Positions 18,818 to 25,705 of a DNA stretch of 64,000 bases are shown here, one piece after another. Position numbers and translations under genes: made by a program. Under the pieces are notes generated by a model. That model worked only from the letters and a program-made list of their open reading frames with translations. It did not search any database and was not told where the DNA came from. The DNA lies in assembly GCA_964505005.1 (NCBI GenBank), contig CAZDFQ010000001.1, positions 114,458-178,457 of the forward strand, written 5' to 3'. The stretch's first letter is position 1. Each line of letters opens with the position of its first letter. This DNA comes from an uncultured Candidatus Saccharibacteria bacterium (GTDB taxonomy: Bacteria; Patescibacteriota; Minisyncoccia; UBA6257; 2-01-FULL-56-20).

Positions 18818-19142
18818 ATGGGTAGCTTTCCTTTTAGTTGTGATAACAGGTTGTGCTCCTCAAACTTCCCAGACAATCCAATGGGTAGGCCCTACTTTAG
18901 ACCTCAACTATCCGACGCCGGAGGAGGTTAAGAGGACCGTCCGAGAAGTATGGCGGGATGCTCAATCAAGGGGATGCCCCAACCAAAACATCGATGTGCT
19001 AGCGAACATCGCTAGGAGTATGAATTCGGAAGGAAATCCCCAAGGCCCCTTCATTTTTGCAACTGTTAGAGCGTTATGTTTGAGAAAGGAGGTGGAGAGG
19101 GAAAAAATAGAAATGCCGCCGCCCTTGAAGAAGGGGTTTTGA
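18810..19142 (+). CDS. Putative small lipoprotein (signal peptide plus lipobox ITGC).
   Basis: N-terminal MHRWVAFLLVVITGCAP is a hydrophobic h-region followed by an L-x-x-C lipobox. Local GC is higher than in its neighbours. Confidence 0.45.
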   Translation: MHRWVAFLLVVITGCAPQTSQTIQWVGPTLDLNYPTPEEVKRTVREVWRDAQSRGCPNQNIDVLANIARSMNSEGNPQGPFIFATVRALCLRKEVEREKIEMPPPLKKGF

Positions 19143-19237
19143 TTCGTCTATCGGCTGGGCGCGTAGTAGTTCCCACGCTACCGCCCCTCACCTAAGTTCG
19201 TCATTCAAGTTTATGATGATTTTAGGTGAGTATATGA

Positions 19238-20998
19238 CTATTTCCTGATTTTCTCCATCGCGTATTTTACATCCACGCCGACTTTTTTGCGGGGGTTGAA
19301 AATGTTGAGCGGGTCGAAAATTTTCTTGACCTCTTCGAAAAGTTTATAAATTTTTTCGCCATACATCATTTTGAGATATGGTCCGCGAATCAAACCGTCA
19401 TTATGCTCGGCAGTGATGGACCCGCCGTATTCGAGAACGAGCTGGTAAATTTTTTCCATAGAATCGAACATAATCCGGGGAACTTCCGGGTCTTTAAGGT
19501 CAACCAGCGGAATAATGTGGAAATTGCCGTTGCCCGGATGGCCGGCAATGGTATAAATCAATTTATCTTTGTGTTCGTCGAGAATGGCGTTCACCTTCGG
19601 CAAAACTTCCGGCAGATATTCCGGCTTGACAATGACGTCGTCAACGAACGGCGCGGCGTATAATCCTTTGATATGACTGTGAAGAAGCGCGAAACTCTGG
19701 CGCCTGATGGTCCAGTATTTTTCCGCTTCTTCTTCGTTTCTGACGGCTCGGACTTGAACCGGAAACTTTTTCGCGGCCTCAATGACTGATTTTATTTTGC
19801 CATTCAATTCTTCTTCATCATCCGAACTCAATTGAACGAGAATGGCCATTCTCGGAATGCCGCCTTTTAAAACCAACCAAAATTCCGGCAGAAATTCGAA
19901 GGCGAGCTTGATGATGTTGCCTTTCATCATTTTAATGAGCGAAGGCAGAAATTTCAGGGCCAGACCAAGCGTTTTGTCGTCATAGGATTCGATGCTTTCT
20001 GGCTTGAAAGGCAGAATCATTTTCACCAGTTCCGGCACCGGCTCGAGAGTTTTAGAGAAAATGACAATGAGTCGTGAAAATTTTTTCTTTCTGACGAGCC
20101 GCAGCTTGGCTTCGGTCACAAGCCCCAGCGTACCCTGACTGCCGACGATAAGTTTTACAAGATTGAAACTCTTTTTGTCCCAGACATTCCAGAGGGCGTA
20201 GCCGGCCGAGTTTTTGGAAACATCCGGCTTGGCTTTTTTGATGGCTTCGTAATTTTTTTCAATAAGTTCGTAAATCTGCTTATAAATTCTGCCTTCGAAA
20301 GATTTTTCTTTTATTTTTTTCTGGAGCTCTTTTGCCGAAAGCGGTTTTATTTCGTGCTCTTCGCCGTCTGCCAAAACAATTTTCAGCGATTCCACATAAT
20401 CCTCGGTTTTTCCATATTCAAGGGTTTTCTCGCCGCCGGAGTTATTGCTGACCATTCCGCCGATGGCGCAAAGGTCTTTGGAAGCCGGAAAAGTCGGAAA
20501 AAGCAGACCTTTCTCGTCAAGGGCTCTCTCCAGGTCGCGATAGTAGACGCCGGGCTCAACCATAACACGACCACTACCCTCGCCAGAACGAGAACCGGAC
20601 ATTCCAACATTCTGCAGAATGTTGGAATGTTTTTTATTGGGAGATGGAGCCGAATCATCGGGAAGGACAACAATTTCCTTTATGTGGTTAAAATACTTAG
20701 TAAATGAAATGACTATCGAATCGTTGAGCGGGCCGCCGGACATATCCGTGCCGGCCGAGCGGGCAGTCAATGATAGCTTAGAGCTTTTTCCGCCCAAGGC
20801 GGATCCGCCTTGGGCGGAAGCTTTTAGTTTAGAGCTTACGAATTTTACGAGATTTTTGACATCTTCAGCGTCTTTCGGAAAAACAACCGCCTGGGGCGTT
20901 ATTTTAAAAATCGAGGCGTCAACGCTATATTCGTCCAAAATTTTCGGCTCAGCAGAAACATCGCCTTTTAGGATTTTTTTCAGGTCATTAATTAACAT
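19238..20998 (-). CDS. FAD-linked oxidase (GlcD / D-lactate dehydrogenase-like) carrying an in-frame palindromic insertion.
   Basis: It has the FAD-binding PCMH-type N-terminal domain and a C-terminal FAD-oxidase domain. A 30-nt perfect palindrome at 20600-20629 codes ...HSNILQNVGM... within a low-complexity SGSRSGEGSG segment. Confidence 0.65.
   Translation of the reverse strand: MLINDLKKILKGDVSAEPKILDEYSVDASIFKITPQAVVFPKDAEDVKNLVKFVSSKLKASAQGGSALGGKSSKLSLTARSAGTDMSGGPLNDSIVISFTKYFNHIKEIVVLPDDSAPSPNKKHSNILQNVGMSGSRSGEGSGRVMVEPGVYYRDLERALDEKGLLFPTFPASKDLCAIGGMVSNNSGGEKTLEYGKTEDYVESLKIVLADGEEHEIKPLSAKELQKKIKEKSFEGRIYKQIYELIEKNYEAIKKAKPDVSKNSAGYALWNVWDKKSFNLVKLIVGSQGTLGLVTEAKLRLVRKKKFSRLIVIFSKTLEPVPELVKMILPFKPESIESYDDKTLGLALKFLPSLIKMMKGNIIKLAFEFLPEFWLVLKGGIPRMAILVQLSSDDEEELNGKIKSVIEAAKKFPVQVRAVRNEEEAEKYWTIRRQSFALLHSHIKGLYAAPFVDDVIVKPEYLPEVLPKVNAILDEHKDKLIYTIAGHPGNGNFHIIPLVDLKDPEVPRIMFDSMEKIYQLVLEYGGSITAEHNDGLIRGPYLKMMYGEKIYKLFEEVKKIFDPLNIFNPRKKVGVDVKYAMEKIRK
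20600..20629. repeat. 30-nt perfect palindrome CATTCCAACATTCTGCAGAATGTTGGAATG, inserted in-frame in the FAD-oxidase CDS.
   Basis: Self-complementary, so both strands encode ...HSNILQNVGM... A related copy is at 38678-38703. Confidence 0.75.
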
Positions 20999-21186
20999 CG
21001 ATTTTCCAACTGTGGATAAATACTTGACTTACTTACGAAATACTTCAAGATATAATTATATTATCACAATAATATGAAACATAGAATTTCTCCCAACAAG
21101 TGGTGGAACTCGCTCTTCACTCAAGGAGCGAGATTTAGGTTGGTATAAAATAACTTCCAGGACCTCCAAGGATTTACGAATCTAAA

Positions 21187-21215
21187 ACCCGCTCCTCGAG
21201 CGGGCGTTTTATTTT
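21187..21215 (+). terminator. Orphan rho-independent-type terminator (CCCGCTCCTCGAGCGGGCG followed by TTTTATTTT) about 37 nt upstream of the 21252 start codon.
   Basis: GC-rich 7-bp stem plus T-run. A-run on the other side. No upstream plus-strand gene. Confidence 0.55.
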
Positions 21216-21251
21216 GTGAAACGCAGAGGCACCTTGAAAAGGAGGATATGA

Positions 21252-22061
21252 ATGGATACTGCCGAACTGAACTGGAGGAAAATCTGTAATGCGGTCAGGC
21301 AGGGACAAAGAGAGATAGCTAACCCTCGGGGGCTGGAATCAGTGATTGATTGCCTGCAGCAGCTGATTCCGAAGTGCGGCCCGGCTTCCCAAACTGCCCA
21401 GATGTGTCAAAGGATTGGCAAGATAATGAGCAACGAAAACTATTCGGTTTTGGCACCCTGCTGCCCGGATTACGCTCACTGTGACAGCCGGTATATCTTT
21501 GGCGGGTTGAGCGGGAACGTTTCCCTTCTCGCCCAGAAACATATCTCTTTCCTCAAAGAGATAAGGCATCTCCTGCCGGGGGCAAATTTCGTTTTGCTCT
21601 ACGCTGACCAAGAATCGGAGGATGAAGCGCTCTTGCAATCCACAAAAACAACTAGAGAAGAATTCCGGGGGTTGGTCCGAAAAAGCGTTGAACAAACACG
21701 AACGGAAGTTGCGGAATTCGGCTGGCAGGTGAGAATGATGACGGAAGAAATCCCGGACATTACCTTAGAAGAAAAGGAGGTTTCCGACTGGATAAGAAAC
21801 AACCTGAAGTTCAAAATAAGGATAAATACGGAAACAATCTACCGAGCCGAGATGTACTGGAAAATCGCGCTATCAGCTGGAAAGCGGTTTTCGGCAGAAG
21901 AGATGACCGAACGAACTATCAGGACAGCGGCTCAATATGTAGCCGTGGGACGTTTCGCGTCCTCTAAAAAGTCCTTGGTCTCTAACCATACAACGGTAAA
22001 TCTCTCCTGGTACCTCCAAACCGAAGCGGCAGTGCTCCACAACCCTGTCGACGTCTATTAG
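21252..22061 (+). CDS. Hypothetical protein (269 aa), preceded by a structured leader.
   Basis: Strong RBS AAGGAGG 6 nt upstream; no recognisable motifs; the composition differs from its neighbours. Confidence 0.5.
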   Translation: MDTAELNWRKICNAVRQGQREIANPRGLESVIDCLQQLIPKCGPASQTAQMCQRIGKIMSNENYSVLAPCCPDYAHCDSRYIFGGLSGNVSLLAQKHISFLKEIRHLLPGANFVLLYADQESEDEALLQSTKTTREEFRGLVRKSVEQTRTEVAEFGWQVRMMTEEIPDITLEEKEVSDWIRNNLKFKIRINTETIYRAEMYWKIALSAGKRFSAEEMTERTIRTAAQYVAVGRFASSKKSLVSNHTTVNLSWYLQTEAAVLHNPVDVY

Positions 22062-22103
22062 CTTGCCGGGAGCTGAACCAAATCAGCTCCCGGCCGCCCA
22101 ACT

Positions 22104-22700
22104 ATGATTAAATTCATTAAAACTCTTGAATACGAAACGCGACCCGAAAATACGGATGTTTTCGATTATTTATGTGATGTTGCCTCGCAAAAAATCGATC
22201 CTCCCACAAAATCAATGAGGCTTTTCGACCTCGAAAGCGACATAGTGATTTACTCTTCCGCCAGACGCGTGGCCGAAACGATAAAAATAAACAATAAAAC
22301 AAGGTACATCAAGACTTCCCTATTAAAGGAGATTCCCTTTGACTTGCGCTCCTTGTGCGCGAAAACAGAGTGGGAACAAGGCGGAAGCGCCGCGGTTCGA
22401 AAGGGCTTTATTAAGGCCTTTATTGACGATACCCTCCTATTGCCAAGGGAGAGAATTTTTAATGAAATCAAAAAAATCTTAGATTTCTGCGCCAAGCAGT
22501 CGACTTTTCAAGAAATCGCCGTCATCTCTCATTCTTTCCGCCTTAAAATATTTGAGGCCTTTATTTATACCGAAGGCGACATAGAAAAAAATTCCTGTCT
22601 TATAAAATGTTTTATCCAACCAGAACAAAAAACTTATGATTTTGGGAAGGGATTTTCGGTGTCTAAAAAGCGAATTTCCTCGCTAGCTTTACGCTTGTAA
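22104..22700 (+). CDS. Hypothetical protein (198 aa), AT-rich. It may be a degenerate histidine-phosphatase-like protein (VISHSFRLK); I cannot assign it.
   Basis: ORF with an AT-rich composition that continues into the R-M island. Confidence 0.4.
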   Translation: MIKFIKTLEYETRPENTDVFDYLCDVASQKIDPPTKSMRLFDLESDIVIYSSARRVAETIKINNKTRYIKTSLLKEIPFDLRSLCAKTEWEQGGSAAVRKGFIKAFIDDTLLLPRERIFNEIKKILDFCAKQSTFQEIAVISHSFRLKIFEAFIYTEGDIEKNSCLIKCFIQPEQKTYDFGKGFSVSKKRISSLALRL

Positions 22701-22732
22701 TTTTTATCTCCCGCAATCGTCTAATTTTTGTT

Positions 22733-22762
22733 GGCCAAGTCATACCAACATTCTTAAGTTTA
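22733..22762. repeat. Direct repeat (copy 1) flanking the small HTH regulator gene: ACCAACATTCTTAAGTTTATAGGTATG.
   Basis: The second copy at 23088-23112 is in the same orientation. The ACCAACATTCT start resembles the 20600 and 38678 palindromes. Confidence 0.6.
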
Positions 22763-22774
22763 TAGGTATGTTTA

Positions 22775-23050
22775 TTATGCCCGCCGGAAGAATTTTAAAA
22801 AGCGTACGAATGTTTGTCCGTATGGAGAAAGCGAATGTTCTACAAATTTACCGCGATATTTTTTATTGATAAGTCCCGCCTGAGAGAGCCGCCGGGTATG
22901 TTCGCCAATCGTTTTCTCGTTTGCTCCTATTTCTTTTACTATATCTTCCAACGTGATTCTGTCTCGATTAGCAATAAGAAGTAATATTTCAATACGATAA
23001 TGATTGGCAACGCCCTTAAGGTGGCGCTCCATCTGTTTTGCGGTCTTCAT
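22775..23050 (-). CDS. Small winged-HTH regulator (ArsR-like, 91 aa) flanked by ~30-nt direct repeats. It is a candidate controller of the adjacent R-M genes.
   Basis: HYRIEILLLIANRDRITLEDIVKEIGANEKTIGEHTRRLSQAGLI HTH pattern. Direct repeats ACCAACATTCTYAAGTTTATARGTATG lie at 22733-22762 and 23088-23112. Confidence 0.6.
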   Translation of the reverse strand: MKTAKQMERHLKGVANHYRIEILLLIANRDRITLEDIVKEIGANEKTIGEHTRRLSQAGLINKKYRGKFVEHSLSPYGQTFVRFLKFFRRA

Positions 23051-23087
23051 TTTACCCGTATCTTTACGATGTATTTAATCATACACA

Positions 23088-23112
23088 ACATACCAACATT
23101 CTCAAGTTTATA
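23088..23112. repeat. Direct repeat (copy 2) upstream of the HTH regulator gene: ACCAACATTCTCAAGTTTATAAGTATG.
   Basis: See copy 1. Confidence 0.6.
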
Positions 23113-23411
23113 AGTATGTTATTTGTTGGTTTAGTTAGAATTGTTTAGTTTAAACTATCGAAATTATTCCTTGAGCCCCTTGATTCTTTCTTCGATTACC
23201 TTCCGGAAATAAGCCCGCAGCTCGAGTGGAGATCTCTGCCGTCTCGCGGACAACACCCCTCTCATCCCCTAAGTCATTTATAAATCACCTCTTCTATTTC
23301 CTGACGCTGTATTTTGGGCTACCTTCTGTTATGCGTCGCTATCGAAACTATTTTAAAAATATCATCTCCGGCTTGAGGTGTCTCATCAATAAGTTCCATA
23401 TACTTAAGCCG

Positions 23412-24350
23412 CTATTTTCTTTTGCTTTTAAGCAATTTCCAGGCCTCGGGATTATTAACTCTGAAGTTAATCTTACTAGAAGAAGTATTTGAATCATCCG
23501 GTAAATATTCTCGTTTATTATTTTTGCTCTGATACAAAATCTTAAATTCGGCATCCTTAAACAAAGAATTATTGATGCCTAATTTATTTTTAATAATATC
23601 TAAGTATTGTTCATTTATTTCATAGCCGATAGAACTTCTGCCTAAAGAAGCCGCGGCCTTCGTAGTTGTCCCGCTCCCCAAAAAGGGATCAAGCACTGTT
23701 TCGCCAACAAAGCTAAACATTTTAATAATCCGCCTTGGTAGTTCTTCTGGAAACATAGCAATATGACCATTTTGTTTTACGCCGGCGAAATTCCAATGGC
23801 CCGTGAAATATTTCCTCCATTCTTCTTTGGTTAGCTTTGATTTTTCTTTAATTTCATCGCTTATATTATTTGGAGATTTTCCTAACTTTTTAAAAATTAA
23901 AATAAATTCATAGTCAATTTCTATCAAGCCGTTGCGAGGATAAGGAAAAGAACCCATTACTGAAGCGCCCCCAGTGGTATTCATTGTTGTTTTTTTCTGC
24001 CAAATAATTGCCCCCATATAATCAAACCCTATTGATTCGCAAAACCTAATTATCTCTTCGCGAATAGGGATTATTTTGTAGCGTCCGTAAGTAACTGCCC
24101 GGGCAAACTGGTCTCCGATGTTAATTATTAAACGGCAACCTGGATAAAGAACGCGATAGCATCCCTGCCACACTTTATTCAAATTCTCTATGTACCCCTC
24201 ATAAGTATCATTAAAACCAATCTGTTCAATTGAGCCGTAATCTTTCAACTGCCAATATGGCGGCGAAGTAACAACAAGGTGAGCTGATTCATCCTTGAGC
24301 TCTGTCATACCGCGCGAATCTCCAACTATTATTTTATGTGTGGTTTTCAT
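23412..24350 (-). CDS. Beta-class DNA methyltransferase (N6-adenine or N4-cytosine; ParB-less).
   Basis: Motif IV SPPY (VVTSPPYWQ) is N-terminal and motif I DPFLGSGTT is C-terminal, which is the beta-class order. Confidence 0.8.
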   Translation of the reverse strand: MKTTHKIIVGDSRGMTELKDESAHLVVTSPPYWQLKDYGSIEQIGFNDTYEGYIENLNKVWQGCYRVLYPGCRLIINIGDQFARAVTYGRYKIIPIREEIIRFCESIGFDYMGAIIWQKKTTMNTTGGASVMGSFPYPRNGLIEIDYEFILIFKKLGKSPNNISDEIKEKSKLTKEEWRKYFTGHWNFAGVKQNGHIAMFPEELPRRIIKMFSFVGETVLDPFLGSGTTTKAAASLGRSSIGYEINEQYLDIIKNKLGINNSLFKDAEFKILYQSKNNKREYLPDDSNTSSSKINFRVNNPEAWKLLKSKRK

Positions 24351-24370
24351 AATTTATATGCTTTCATCAA

Positions 24371-25054
24371 TTATAGCACGTCATCGGCATAAATTTCTAG
24401 GCCGGATTTCGTCTTTTTATAAAAGATAATTTTTACTCCAATTTCTTCTCTAAGAGCATTCTTAGTCTTGTATGTTATCGGTTTTATTGAGACCGGCGTC
24501 TTATCTATAAAACCATCAATTCCTCTGGATTCTTCTTCTGGAGTCGCTAAACGATAAGAGGTATCTTTCAAATTGGCAATCTTTTTCAAAACCGCCTCTT
24601 GGAACCGTAAACCAACAAATGTTTTTTCTAATACTAAATCCTCTACCCAGATTTCAACCATATCTTTGTCTATTCTACCTATTGCCTCTTTTAATTTCTC
24701 AATCATATCATTAATTTTTCCAGAGGCATTTTTAATAGCACTTGGATAATTTTCAAGGCACCATTCTTTCCACGCTCCGTAAGTTTTAGCTTTAGATGAT
24801 TTTACAAGTTCGGAAAGCTGCCCAACAACCCTAGGTCGCGTTCCTTGAGAATTTTGATTAGCAAGATTAATAATTTGGGTTGTATATTTCGGGAATTCTT
24901 TAATCTCACCTATCAGCTCACGAATTAATTCTTCGTTTTTTATTTTAATCATCATGTTTTTACTCCCTCTATCTCTTATAAATCGCTTCTTTGATTTCCT
25001 GCCGGGCTGCCTTAATTCTTTATAATTATGGGCCGTTTTAAGGTCAGAGGACAA
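24371..25054 (-). CDS. Putative type II restriction endonuclease partner of the methyltransferase.
   Basis: It lies 20 nt upstream in the same orientation as the MTase and shares the AT-rich island. A possible PD...(D/S)xK-like segment is GIDGFIDKTPVSIKP. Apart from that possible segment, the call rests on context. Confidence 0.35.
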   Translation of the reverse strand: MSSDLKTAHNYKELRQPGRKSKKRFIRDRGSKNMMIKIKNEELIRELIGEIKEFPKYTTQIINLANQNSQGTRPRVVGQLSELVKSSKAKTYGAWKEWCLENYPSAIKNASGKINDMIEKLKEAIGRIDKDMVEIWVEDLVLEKTFVGLRFQEAVLKKIANLKDTSYRLATPEEESRGIDGFIDKTPVSIKPITYKTKNALREEIGVKIIFYKKTKSGLEIYADDVL

Positions 25055-25152
25055 CCCTATTTCCGCCTTTTTGGTTATCCACAGGTGGCATTGACTTTTG
25101 ACAAGCGCTTGTCATACTATAATTAATCACTACGAAAAAGACCCTTATGCGG

Positions 25153-25686
25153 TTAGTCCGTATCGGGGGCTTTTTCTTTTTGGGCTTGCAAAATCGACCT
25201 CTTATCGTTTATATAAACAATTCTGGCATCGGTTCTCTTTAAAAGAATAGAACATTTTTCCTGAATGCTTGGTGATAGAATAACAATTAATTTATCTCTT
25301 TCTTTCAAAAATTTAACTAAGCCTGCATAGTCGCCGTCGCTCGCGACAATAACAGCTTTCTTGAATTTGTTTTCATAGGCATCGCTTGTCGCCTGTAATA
25401 CTAAATCGGCATCGCAATTGCCTTTCGGTTTACCAGAACCGTCATATACCACCTCTTTAAATATCAAAGTAAATCCGCATTCCTATAAATAAGTATAGAG
25501 ATTTTTATATTTGGGAATCAGGCCTATAAAAATATATGCTCGTTCAATGCCGTACTTTTCTGATAACCAAATCCTAAATCTTTTATAATCTAAAACCCAT
25601 CCGAGTTCTTCCATCGCCTCGTATAAATTAGCTCCATCTAGGTACGCAAAATTATTATTTTCTTTAGACATAGTTCTTATTCCCAA
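25153..25686 (-). pseudogene. NYN/LabA-like (PIN-fold) nuclease-domain gene interrupted by a single in-frame TAG at 25483-25485.
   Basis: The N-terminal half (AYLDGANLYEA...) and C-terminal half (NCDADLVLQ...VIVASDGDYAGLVKFLKER) are in the same frame. Only a TAG plus 5 sense codons separate them. Confidence 0.6.
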
Positions 25687-25705
25687 AAACCGAATTTTAA
25701 ATTCC

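Noticed and set aside
18589-18876. Minus-strand 95-aa ORF overlapping the small plus-strand gene pair.
   Set aside because: It runs antisense to two plus-strand ORFs that have RBSs and a lipobox, and it has no RBS or motifs. Likely spurious.
23226-23554. Track ORFs 23226-23492 (plus strand) and 23348-23554 (minus strand) in the gap between the HTH gene and the MTase.
   Set aside because: They mutually overlap, are AT-rich and low-complexity, and lack RBSs or motifs. The 360-nt gap more likely contains regulatory DNA, including the second direct repeat.
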